A stretch of 64,000 bases of DNA from Podarcis pityusensis (lineage: Eukaryota): assembly GCA_964106645.2 (NCBI GenBank), contig OZ067041.1; one strand, given 5' to 3'. The notes below the pieces were generated by a model. The model was not told the DNA's origin and did no database searches. It saw nothing but the letters and a program-made list of their open reading frames with translations. The stretch's first letter is position 1, and the number at the start of each line of letters is the position of its first letter. The position numbers and the translations under genes were made by a program. Positions 12,294 through 23,165 of the stretch are shown here, in pieces.

Positions 12294-12436
12294 CAGGTGC
12301 AGGGAACCTTTGGCCCTCCAGATGCTGTTGAACTACAGCTCCCCTCACCCCCCCCCCGGTCATTAGCAATGCTTGCTGGGGCTGATGGCAGTTGTAATTC
12401 AGCAACATCTGGAGGGTCAAAAGTTCCCCATACCTG
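12294..12436. mobile_element. Palindromic hAT-type MITE
   Basis: CAGGTGCAGGGAACCTTTGGCCCTCCAGATG...CATCTGGAGGGTCAAAAGTTCCCCATACCTG; degenerate 8-bp TSD ATATTTAC/ATGTATAC; relatives at 20138-20275, ~38346-38415 and ~46175-46285. Confidence 0.7.
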
Positions 12437-13793
12437 ATGTATACTAACAGTGAACTCACCTGATGATTGCCAACAGGACTGTAGTCAAACAGGGCTCCTG
12501 AGGTGTCAGCACAAGCAAGGAAACAGCAAGACCTGCAAACATACGAAAACCTTGGAGGTGGCAACTATGGCAGAATCCCTCAAAAGAACCTAGTGAGGAT
12601 GGAACAAAGAGACACAATGATGAACTGGGAGGGGGGCAGGAAGGGAGAATGGAATAATAGCTTCCTAGCTGACTGCAACATTGTATAGGAGCACTCCACT
12701 CAACAAGTTTTGATGCACCTTAAATATAGCCCTTTTTTAAGGTGCACACATAAGTACACAATGATGATGTAAAGATGTGAAGTGAGAATGCAACAAATCG
12801 GTTTCAGAAGACATGCCCACCATGTAATTGGCTGCATGTAATAACCCTGGTTAAGTTACCATGTAATATGTGAGCTAGCCCCCTCTTTTTACCATGCCAG
12901 TGAATAAAGAAAAGCATAGGTTGCTACTTGCTGTGAGTGGGAGTAAAGCTAACATTTAATGCATTATTGACACATTCCTTCAAGGAAAAACACCGCAACA
13001 TTTCTAGCTGTAGAGTCCCCACCCTGCTCTATCATCATTACGCTAAAGTGTTGTGTGGATATTGGCCCAGGCCAAAGCTTTATCTGGATTGAAGCCCAGG
13101 CTAGAAACTCACAAATATTTTCATTTGTAACTAAGGTTCAGGCAGATAACCCCAATATGTATCTTAATTCAAAAGAAAAGCTATACTGTGTTAAGGGTCC
13201 AGGTTTCTGTTAACTAGCCATAGATGGTTGAAAAACACCTCTTTCTTGTTTACTTCTGTTGAGTTTTGGATTTGCTTTTGGGATACCATTTCCCTGGTGC
13301 AGATGTTTACCCTCTTTCTTTATGGTAAAGTCTGTGAATGCTAAAAATCACATAGAAATTGAACCATGCTAGTAGACAACAGTGGGATCTGCAACAAAAT
13401 GTTGCACTGTAGAGTTTTTGTAATTGTTTTGTTTTCTCTCTATATATATTTATTTCAGTATATTATTGAACTATGTGCTTTCAATAAGAATATTTTTAAA
13501 ATGTATCTTAACAATTGCAACAGCTAAAAAGCTTCCTACTCTCCCTTAAAAATTGGTTTCTGAAAAATGGTCCTGGGTGGGATGGAGACCAGAAATGAAT
13601 TTTTGTGTGAAAGGATGTGTGATCTTTGTTCTGGTACTGATCACAAATTCCTGGGCTGAGCATGTGCTCAGAGGCACTCCTAGTTCTTAAGGGTATGTCT
13701 GCCCAGCTGTCCCGAGCACAGCATGCTAGTCATTTTTTTTGCTGAACTTGACTCCTGTTATAGAGCATTCATTTTTTAATTTTTTTTTTGCAG

Positions 13794-13915
13794 CCCATAT
13801 TTCTAAACGAGGTCTTGGTTAAACTACCCACGGATCCTTCTGGCGACGAGCCCATCTTTCATATCTCTCACATTGATCGGGTCTACACACTCCGTGCAGA
13901 AAGCATAAATGAAAG
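13794..13915 (+). CDS. ITSN1: ITSN1 exon (PH): [40 protein letters not shown](R)
   Basis: tttgcag| ... |gtaaaa; 122 nt. Confidence 0.96.
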
Positions 13916-13966
13916 GTAAAAAAATATCTCTGTATTGGCACTGAACATAATGGGAATATGTAAGAG

Positions 13967-13971
<5 letters not shown>

Positions 13972-14012
<41 letters not shown>
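13972..14012. repeat. (CA)n microsatellite
   Basis: About 20 CA units, starting 56 nt downstream of a splice donor. Confidence 0.95.
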
Positions 14013-14014
<2 letters not shown>

Positions 14015-14313
14015 GTTTCATAATGAGATTTCTCCCGTTTCTGATGTTGCCATCTTTTTTACTTGCACTTTCCCTGATTTGTTTATCCTCCCCTAGCAAC
14101 CATGGACTGCCTGCTTTGAGTCTTAGAGAAATTTTAACTGGGAAAACAGTGCAGGGAAAAAGGTTAAACCTCCTCTGTACCAGCACTACTATCCCAAACT
14201 GAATTGGGGTCCCCGTGGCCAATATTACCTTGAAAACATGCAACAATGGCAGGGAAGGTCCTATTCACAGATCTCTCACATCAAATCCAGATTTTTCCTG
14301 AGAACTAAACATG

Positions 14314-14563
14314 CAGTCGTACCTTGGTTTTCAAACAGGTTAGTTCTCAAATGTTTTGGTTCCTGAACACCGCAAACCCGGGAGTGACAGCTCTGGTTTG
14401 TGAACTATTGTTGGAAGCCGAATGTCCAATGTGGGTTCCGCAGCTTCCGATTGGCTGCAGGAACTTCCTGCAGCCAATCAGAAGCTGCGCTTTGGTTTCC
14501 GAACGTTTTGGAAGTTGAACAGACTTCCGGAACGGATTCTGTTCGACTTCCAAGGTATGACTG
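14314..14563. mobile_element. Tc1/mariner (Tigger-like) MITE
   Basis: CAGTCGTACCTTGG...CCAAGGTATGACTG|TA; relative of 1771-2002 in the opposite orientation. Confidence 0.75.
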
Positions 14564-14690
14564 TAATGCAAAGAAGTTAATGTCTTTATCTAGATCTTCT
14601 TCCTACCTGCATGCAGTCAGCTTTGCTCACTTGCACGTACTTCATAATGATACGTAATTTCCTTTTCACCTTCTCTTTCTCTCTCTCAAG

Positions 14691-14773
14691 GACGGCCTGG
14701 GTTCAGAAAATCAAAGCCGCTTCTGAACTTTACATAGAAACAGAGAAGAAGAAGAGGGAAAAGGCCTATTTAG
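14691..14773 (+). CDS. ITSN1: ITSN1 exon: [27 protein letters not shown]
   Basis: ctcaag| ... |gtaccg; 83 nt. Confidence 0.95.
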
Positions 14774-14859
14774 GTACCGCAATGGGGGTACAGTATTTAG
14801 ACGTTTTCCCCAAAATTTCAAGAGAGTATTTTAATGACTCTTGCCTGTTCTTGCCACAG

Positions 14860-14943
14860 TCCGATCCCAAAGGGCAACCGGTATTGGAAGGTTAATGGTG
14901 AACATTGTTGAAGGTATTGAACTGAAGCCCTGCAGATCCCATG
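14860..14943 (+). CDS. ITSN1: ITSN1 exon (start of C2): (V)[27 protein letters not shown]
   Basis: ccacag| ... |gtaaga; 84 nt, after an 86-nt intron. Confidence 0.95.
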
Positions 14944-15118
14944 GTAAGAACTTCATTTCTCTCTATATGTGTGTATATAAGAGTGTGTGTGGTGTGTAAA
15001 ATGTGACAAAAAGAAGGGAAACGTCTTGGGTGCTTTGATCATTTAATGTAAAATAGGTTGTCGGGGGGGAATGTAAGTTTTGTAAAATGGTGTTTTGTTG
15101 CACTCTATATAGACTGAT

Positions 15119-15458
15119 GGGACGCGGTGGCGCTGTGGGTTGAACCACAGAGCCTAGCTCTTGCCGATCAGAAGGTCGGCGGTTTGAATCCCCGCGACGG
15201 GGTGAGCTCCCGTTGTTCGGTCCCAGCTCCTGCCAACCTAGCAGTTCGAAAGCACGTCAAAGTGCAAGTAGATAAATAGGTATCGCTCCAACGGGAAGGT
15301 AAACAGCGTTTCCTTGCGCTGCTGCTCTGGTTCGCCAGAAGCAGCTTAGTCATGCTGGCCACATGACCCAGAAGCTGTATGCCGGCTCCCTCGGCCAGTA
15401 AAGCGAGATGAGCACCGCAACCCCAGAGTCAGTCACGGGTCAGGGGTCCCTTTACCTT
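15119..15458 (+). mobile_element. Sauria SINE (Squam1)
   Basis: GGGACGCGGTGGCGCTG... to (ACCTTT) tail; 13-bp TSD TATATAGACTGAT at 15106-15118 and 15459-15471. Confidence 0.92.
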
Positions 15459-16118
15459 TATATAGACTGATATAGCCAGCAAATTTTTAAATAGTGTTAG
15501 TGATTTGCACATGGTGAAAGCCTCCCAACAGTCAAACAGAAGGATTACCAACCACTACACACCCCCACACCCCGGAGAAATGTCTACTCAAATTTGTGAC
15601 CCATGGTATTCATGGCCCTATTTATTGGCCAACACCATGAGGCAAGGTGAGCCAACCTCCTCAGGTGGCAGGATCCACAGGGGCAGATCTTGCACCCAAT
15701 GAATGCATCATTCGCTGTTGCTGCTGCTGTTCTCCCTCCTTGTTTCCAGTGTAGAACTTCACTCCCCCCTTGTTCCTGGTGTAGGTCTTCCATCACCCCT
15801 TCTTCCTTGGCGAGCTGGTGGGGTGCCATTTTGTGGTTCCTTTCTGGTGCCAAAATGTCTTGGGCAAGCCCTGGCTGGGTCAAATTTGATGTAGAAAGCA
15901 ATCTTGTATACCTGATGCCAGATTCAGTTTTGGCGCACTCACCCACAGGCAGCACAGGCTGCCCGATGCATTTGATTATTTTCCTTGCTAAATCAAATGG
16001 TGGAGGTACAAAAAGCCTTTTCCAATTCTCTTATGTCAAAACCACAGAAGCAAGTTACCAAATTTGTGTGTGCAAATGTTTGATCACGGCTGTGCATCTA
16101 CTTGCCTTCTGCTTTCAG

Positions 16119-16292
16119 GAAAGAGTAACCCGTATTGTGAAGTGACCATGGGCTCTCAGTGTCATATTACCAAGACTATACAGGACACACTGAACCCTAA
16201 GTGGAATTCTAATTGCCAGTTCTTTATCAAAGATTTGGAACAGGATGTGCTTTGCATAACAGTGTTTGAGCGGGATCAGTTCTCACCAGATG
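16119..16292 (+). CDS. ITSN1: ITSN1 exon (C2): (G)[57 protein letters not shown]
   Basis: tttcag| ... |gtaagt; 174 nt; C2 motifs SNPYC and TLNPKWN. Confidence 0.96.
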
Positions 16293-16473
16293 GTAAGTGA
16301 CACTCTTACTTCTGAGCTTGGTCTTTTGGTTATGTACACGTCTATGAGAGTGTACGACAACTTAAGGTAGCTCATTTTTGCTGTCCCTCTGCTGAGGTCC
16401 ATGTGTGTGGGCTGAGGCTCCACCTTGGTCTCTAGGCAGGAGTGAAAAAAACTCCTACTTACAGTACATGATT

Positions 16474-16825
16474 GGGAACGAAGGTAGCGCTGTGGGTTAA
16501 ACCACAGAGCCTAGGGCTTGCCGATCAGAAGGTCGGCGGTTCGAATCCCCGCAACGGGGTGAGTTCCCGTTGCTCAGTCCCTGCTCCTGCCAACCTAGCA
16601 GTTCGAAAGCACGTCAAAGTGCAAGTAGATAAATAGGTACTGCTCTGGCGGGAAGGTAAACAGCATTTCCGTGCGCTGCTCTGGTTCGCCAGAAGCGGCT
16701 TAGTCATGCTGGCCACATGACCTGGACGCTACACGCCGGCTCCCTTGGCCAATAAAGCGAGATGAGCGCTGCAACCCCAGAGTCGGTCACGACTGGACCT
16801 AAAGGTCAGGGGTCCCTTTACCTTT
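16474..16825 (+). mobile_element. Sauria SINE (Squam1)
   Basis: Full-length body; left TSD TTACAGTACATGATT at 16459-16473; right TSD split by a MITE. Confidence 0.92.
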
Positions 16826-16833
16826 TTACAGTA

Positions 16834-17231
16834 CAGTGGTACCTCGGGTTAAGTACTTAATTCATTCCGGAGGTCCGTTCTTAACAGTGGCGTAGTGTGG
16901 GTTGTCAGCACCCGGGGCAAGGCAAGTAATTTGCGCCCCCTAACCCGTGGATTTTAGTAGGGGCAGAGAGCTGCAAGTGCGAGCACCCCCCCCAGATGTT
17001 GCGCCCGGTGCAGCCGGGCCCCCCTGCACCCCCCATGCTACGCCACTGGTTCTTAACCTGAAACGGTTCTTAACCTGAAGCAGCATTTTAGCTAATGGGG
17101 CCTCTTGCTGCTGCTGCGTCGCCGGAGCACGATTTCTGTTCTTATCCTGAAGCAAAGTTCTTAACCTGAAGCACTATTTCTGGGTTAGCAGAGTCTGTAA
17201 CCTGAAGTGTATGTAACCTGAGGTACCACTG
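16834..17231. mobile_element. Tc1/mariner (Tigger-like) MITE containing a nested hAT MITE
   Basis: TA|CAGTGGTACCTCGGGTT...AACCTGAGGTACCACTG|TA. Confidence 0.9.
16885..17048. mobile_element. hAT MITE (164 bp)
   Basis: TIRs CAGTGGCGTAG/CTACGCCACTG; perfect 8-bp TSD GTTCTTAA at 16877-16884 and 17049-17056. Confidence 0.88.
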
Positions 17232-17622
17232 TACATGATTGGTTCCTGCTCAGTTTTTTGCTCTGGCCTGCACGTAGCAGAGGAACTCCCCATCTCCTGT
17301 TTCCATCCCTTTTCCTTTCAATATTCATTTTCCTGTTCCTATTGCCTCTATCCTCACTGACTGCTTTAATTAATTGTTTAGTTTGAAGGTTTTGCTACAG
17401 GTTTATGTCCCTGCCCCTTCTTCTCTAGCACTAGAACACCAGTGAAATGAAACTGAAAATCTCCATTGAGAGATTATAAAACTGCTGCATGCGTAGCAAG
17501 ATTTTCTGCTGCTGTTTTTGGTTTGCTCATGCTGTTTCTGAATTAACATCTTGCCAGAGGTGGGTCTTCATGGGAGCAGGGAATATGTAATTTCTAACCA
17601 TTATGTATGTTTTCCGTTTCAG

Positions 17623-17771
17623 ACTTTTTAGGCCGAACAGAAATCCGAGTAGCAGACATTAAGAAGGACCAGGGCTCAAAGGGACCAGTGACAAAGTGTC
17701 TTCTCTTGCATGAAGTTCCAACAGGAGAGATAGTTGTCCGACTGGATCTACAGCTGTTCGATGAACCTTAA
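17623..17771 (+). CDS. ITSN1: ITSN1 terminal coding exon: (D)[48 protein letters not shown]
   Basis: tttcag| acceptor; TAA at 17769-17771; C-terminus LDLQLFDEP as in the recalled mammalian ITSN1-L. Confidence 0.96.
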
Positions 17772-19800
17772 AAAAGGAAGACACTTCTTCTAACCTGAAA
17801 ACACTGCAATAGGCGCCCACAAAATCTGTCTAGGAATCCTCAGACCTTTTATATGAAACAAAATACTTATCAATGCCACACAACTCTTTGCAGCTGGATA
17901 ATCCTTGCAGAAAATTGAAATCCAAGTTTGTGAGGAAAATGTAACTTTTGGGAATTTTTTTGTTTGTTTTTGTTTGTTTTATTTTCTGTGGAACTTCTGC
18001 TGTAGCTTTCAGGATTTCTAGAAAAACAGAGCTGTAGCCTGGGCTAAAACACTGCACATTTTCTGGGTACTGCAGCATGTGGTGTCAACAAGAGAGGGTG
18101 GCACTGACATGTCTTTGCAGACTTTCTGTAAATTACCCCTAGAAATGTTGTGCCTATTGCCCCACAGAGTGGTATATAAACATAATGTGAATATATTTAT
18201 ATAGAAAATACCTATGACATTAATGAATTCTTGCCATGTAAGATATTTGGGTTTCTTTTAAGAAATTTATGGTGATCTTTGAATCTGTTTTTGAAAAATA
18301 AAAGGGGTGGGGGTGGGGGAGAAGAAGAAAAGACTATTCCAAGTTGAAGTTTAAATGACAGTCGCCCATAATCTGGAAGGCTCAATGAGTGGAAGGTTGG
18401 TTTTTCCAAGTATTTATTAGGAAGCAGCAAATATTAGGTGGATTCCCGGTCTAGGGACCAGTAATTCAAAGCGTACCCCGTTTAGGAAGAATATAAATGG
18501 GACCTGATCCCTGCTGCTTCCCATTGGGGTGTCTTTCACCCAAATGGAGTACTGTGTATCCACACATCAATGCTTTTTGTGGTTACATTTCAGTGGGTTT
18601 GTAAATAATTGTAGACCAAGGTTTGGCGGAGTCGTTCTGTGTGTTCTACTGTACCATTTAAACATTATTAAACTGCTGCTAAATTGCGCAAAGGCAGTTA
18701 CAAGAAAACAGCTGCTCTAGCTCAGGAAAGCTGAGGCTAACAGCAGTCAGATGGGACTTAATTTATGAATAGTACTGTGCCTAAATAAATTTGACACCAT
18801 GGTTTTGAAATCAGGGTGGTAGCATACTGTAGCTCAACGAAGTGTTAACTGCAAAAGTGGTTCACTAAAAAAATTTCAGTTTCAGCATTGGGTGTCACAA
18901 GTTTTTGCAAAGGGATTTATTGCTATGTTGCAGATGTAAGGATTCACTCTCAGTGTGACCCACATAGGACAACCTTGATTCAGCAAAGCGCTTCGAAGGC
19001 ATTCAAACAAGAGAAGTATGTTCTTGAGAACTTTGCTGAACTAGGGACAATGTTAGTGGTGGAATTTTGAGAGTGGGTTCATTTCAGCACCAGGCACATT
19101 CATTCTTTGTGTTTCCAGTTCTTCAGTTTGTTACCCAAGGATCATGCAGAAATGGGTATTTTTGTAAGGACTTTAAGAATGGGAGGTGTTGACTGTTCTG
19201 TTAGCATGTCAATGTTCTTGTGAAACGTGTTGGCTTTACTGTTCTTTGCATGTTGTTTTTGGTATCAGTTTCCATGTTTCCTGTGGAGATGGTGTTCTCT
19301 AGCACAGCAAAATTTTATGATTTCCATTAGGAAATTAGGATAGCTTTATACTTGATAGGTAGCTAAGGTCTGGTGATAAGTGTAAACTGTGCTTGAAAGT
19401 GTCTGTGTACTATTATTTCCAAGGAGACCACTGTATTATTTTCAGCAATTATTTTTTAAAAAATCCTGTATGTTGGAGGGACGAAAAAGTTTACATTTCA
19501 TACTTTTAAGAATCGCTTTATTATTTATTTATTGAAGATAGTGTAGAATTTTGTATCAGAAATGGCATACTTATGTATTTTTTGGAACAGAGAAACACAC
19601 TTTAGTTAGAAACTTTCAAATGACCAAGTTTTAGAGGAAGTTTAACTTAACAGGCATGCAATTGTTTACCACTGACTGGTTGAAAACACAATTTTAAAAA
19701 AAAAACTTTTAAGTTTCTATTTTTCAATGTTGGTACAAAAATGTTTCAATTAAAAGTATGTAAATAGAACCAAACCCATGATTTCCTTTTTCCATATCAA
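17772..19800 (+). other. ITSN1: Probable ITSN1-L 3' UTR (3' end uncertain)
   Basis: AU-rich stretch after the stop with no recognisable TE; AATAAA at ~18297 and ~18784; ATTAAA at 19749-19754. Confidence 0.55.
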
Positions 19801-20137
19801 AACATTTTATGAAATATAATGTATATGAAAATAACACATTGTTGTGGTAGAGGAAAAAAGGTACAAATCCTTTAGTGGCAGAAAAATATTAAATGTCATC
19901 GTTCTAACCTTCTTTGGCTGGGCTAATTTTACTCAGAGTTGTAATGAAGATGAGTGTTACTGTATTTTTATAGATACAAAAATAATCATAATGTGGGAAG
20001 AATCCTATCATTAAGACTGTGAAAAAAGGCGGGACCATACTCCCTGAGGTGAACATGAATTATCTGTCTTTGGAGAAGCTGGGGGACTCGAAGAGGAAGA
20101 AAGGGATTGCCTATATAACAACCCTGATAGTATATTC

Positions 20138-20275
20138 TAGGGGTGGGGAATTTGTGGCCTTCCAGATGTTGTTGGACTAGAACTCCCAACAGCCCCAGCC
20201 AGCATGGCAAATGGTCAGATAAGATAGGACTTGTAGTCCAACACCACCCAGAGGACCGTAGATTCTTCACCCCTG
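20138..20275. mobile_element. Palindromic hAT-type MITE
   Basis: TAGGGGTGGGGAATTTGTGGCCTTCCAGATG...TTCTTCACCCCTG; same family as 12294-12436. Confidence 0.65.
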
Positions 20276-20409
20276 AGATAATTGCTTTGCCAAGCTCCTT
20301 TCTAAATCTCTCTTGCCATTTTTTAACTCCAAAAATAAATATTAATTCCAGGTTTAAAAGGAAAACAAAAGCCTTAGGGAATTAAGCACTTAAGAGTAAT
20401 AGACGTACG

Positions 20410-20596
20410 GAAAAATTTTCTGACAGTAAGAGCTGTTAAACCGTGGAAGAGTCTCCCTCGGGAGGTGGTGAACTCTCCTTCCTTGGAGGTTTTTAAGCAG
20501 AGATTGGATGGCCATCTGTCATGGATGCTTTAGCTGAGATTCCTGCATTGCAGGGGGTTGGACTAGATGACCCTTCCAGCTCTAAGATTCTGCGAC
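20410..20596 (+). mobile_element. CR1 LINE 3' end
   Basis: CTGACAGTAAGAGCTGTT...GCAGGGGGTTGGACTAGATGACC...GATTCTG. Confidence 0.85.
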
Positions 20597-20784
20597 CTTG
20601 GAAAGACAAATCGTAGGTCCAGTCTTGACCACAGCACCATTCTGTGTAATATTCTGCAGAACTCTTAACTTCAGCCTATTAACAGTAATTCCAGTCACTC
20701 TACACAGATCTCAGCACCCTCAAAAAATTACGTTCCACAAACACAGGTCCTTATCAGTCTGCATAAATAAGGTTCCATTATAAA

Positions 20785-21332
20785 ATCATAGAACTGTAGA
20801 GCTGGAAGGGACCCAAGGGTCATCTAGTCCAACCCCCTGCAATGAAGGAATCTCAACTAAAGCATCCATGGCAGATGACCATCCAACCTCTGCTTAAAAA
20901 CCTCCAAGGAAGGAGAATCCACAACCTTTTTGAGGGAGTCCATTCTACTGTCAAACAGAAAGTTCCTCCTTATGTTTAGTTGAAAGATCTTCTCGCAACT
21001 TGAAAACATTGGTGCGGGTCCTACCCTCTGGAGTAGGTTAAAATAAGCTTGCTGTATCTTTCATGTGACAGTCCTTGATATATTTGAAGATGGCTATCAT
21101 ATCTCCTCTCAGTCTCCTCTTTTCCAGGCTGAACATACCCAACTCCTTTAACCGTTTCTCATAAGTCTTGGTTTCCATACCCTTGATCATTTTGGTTGCC
21201 CTCCTCTGCACACATTCCAGCTTATCAATATCCTTCTTAAATTGTGGCACTCAGGACTTGACACAGGACTCCAGGTGTGGTCTGACCGAGGCAAAATAAA
21301 ATGGTACTATTAACTTCCATTCATCTGGACAC
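20785..21332 (-). mobile_element. CR1 LINE 3' portion
   Basis: ORF PQFKKDIDKLECVQRRATKMIKG...LGMFSLEKRRLRGDMIAIFKY is the CR1 ORF2 C-terminus; 3' UTR ends TTCTATGAT. Confidence 0.9.
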
Positions 21333-21848
21333 TAGCCTTCCAATAGGAGGTTATGCCATGTCAATATCGTTAAGTTGTGTAATCTGCCTGCAAATTATTA
21401 CCCCTGGCACTGCATTTACATTTGAACAGCTGAATGGCCAGCAACAGAGTCCATTTAGTGCTTTAACATTAATTAGTGAAAATAAGCCAAGGTCACGTAA
21501 GCCATTCCTTTGGAAAGATTCCACACTTAACGTTCATAATCAAATATTTATTTGATTATTCAAAAGTGCCATTTTAAAAGTATGCTGGACCATAAGAGCA
21601 TCAGTCAGTTTCAGGGGGAGTCAATCACTCACAAACATTTGTTAGAACCAAGAAAGAAATTTCAATACGATTGCAACTGCCAATTTTGCAGTCACTAGCA
21701 CTTAACAGCAAACCTATGATAAAGGAATAATTCTTGCAAAAAGGTACTGAGATGGTGACTTAAAGGCAGAGGAGCACTAAATATTGATCCATTTCAAAAT
21801 ACCAAATCCAAACACTGAAGCACCAACAACTGCTTAAGGAGAACCATT

Positions 21849-21854
21849 TTTATT
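21849..21854 (-). terminator. ATP5PO: ATP5PO polyadenylation signal (AATAAA)
   Basis: TTTATT on +, about 58 nt after the stop codon. Confidence 0.75.
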
Positions 21855-21912
21855 GTTTTCATCATACAGCTGACTAGGTTTTTATGGAGGAGGAGGAAGC
21901 ATCTCGAGATGT

Positions 21913-22026
21913 TTAGACAGTCTCTCTCATGATCTTGCTTAGTTTCTGAATCTTGGTCTTTGTCGACATGTCAACGAATTTCTCTCCAATGCTGACAACC
22001 ATTCCACCCAAGATTGTTGGGTCAGT
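21913..22026 (-). CDS. ATP5PO: ATP synthase peripheral stalk OSCP, exon 7: [37 protein letters not shown]
   Basis: Poly-C tract + ttag| acceptor; TAA at 21915-21913; OSCP C-terminal motif DP.ILGG. Confidence 0.96.
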   Translation of the reverse strand, partial: TDPTILGGMVVSIGEKFVDMSTKTKIQKLSKIMRETV

Positions 22027-23078
22027 CTAAGGGGGGGGGGGGAACCAAGATTCCTAATTAGAATTCCCTAGAGAGAATAATGGGCTACATGATAACAGAA
22101 AAGACTACAACGCTTGGGTTTAAGATCTTGACAAATCAATAGTATTAGACAGATTAAATATGTTCAAGTTCCTTTGCAGAGAAGTACTTTTGTAGGCTGC
22201 TCGGTCCAAAACTCATTATGTTTGGCTCAAGAACGGTTCTTATAGAGCAAAATTTACCTGCACAAGACAGGATAATATAATGGGTTTTTTTACTGATACT
22301 TCTGTTGTCAATGTTTAAGTTTTCAGAGATCAGAAGAAATACTATAATTACGATTAGCGCTACATTAGATTCCACCCTACGGCTCTTATGCCTCTTTGTC
22401 CCTATGGGTTGTCCCTATGGGTTTTGCTTGTTGCTTCCAATTGAATTGGCTATTCTAAGTCTAAAGCAATTGAACAGCCAACAGACCATAGGAAGACATT
22501 TCTTTGGGCGCCTGTTTGAAACCAGTGGCTACAGCAAGCCAGCAGCCTTGATTCAGGGCCAAGTCCCTATGGTTTATAAGAGCAATGGGGAAGCTCCAGC
22601 CATCAGGCCAAATTTGGTCCATAAAGCTCTTTCCCCAAGTCATGCCCATCTGCTCCACACTTGACATAATAAGTGATGTCCGATGTGGGGCAGATAAAGA
22701 GATGTGGCTGGATCTGCTGTACAGCAAAGCTCCCTGTAGGAACCTCAGCCGTGCAGGTATTCCCTGCAGAAGACACGGTTGAATAATGGTCAGGTGACTG
22801 AAAGGTTAGTTGCCCCGCCTGCCAATGTTGACATAAGGGGGTGGGAACAGAGTGATTTGACCTGCCAAGTCATAAAGATACCTCATCCCTGGCTTATGAT
22901 AAGCTTGGACAGCTAGGCTGCCCAATACGCATTATCCACATCTGGAAGAGGATGTATTTTCCTTTAAGGGAAGCTTTCTATGGCCGATGGGGAAGTTCTT
23001 CTAGATTGTTGAGATGGCCCTTCTTAGTCACTTTTAATTTATTAGAGAGTCTTCTGTTTTACATAGCTGTAACCATAC

Positions 23079-23165
23079 CTTTATCTCCAGTTTCAGTATT
23101 TCTCCTTTAGCTAAAAAGCCATTCAAAGCTGTCTTCAACTCCGTAAGATTAGCTTCATCCAAGGG
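23079..23165 (-). CDS. ATP5PO: ATP5PO exon 6: PLDEANLTELKTALNGFLAKGEILKLEIK
   Basis: ttaag| ... |gtatgg; 87 nt. Confidence 0.95.
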
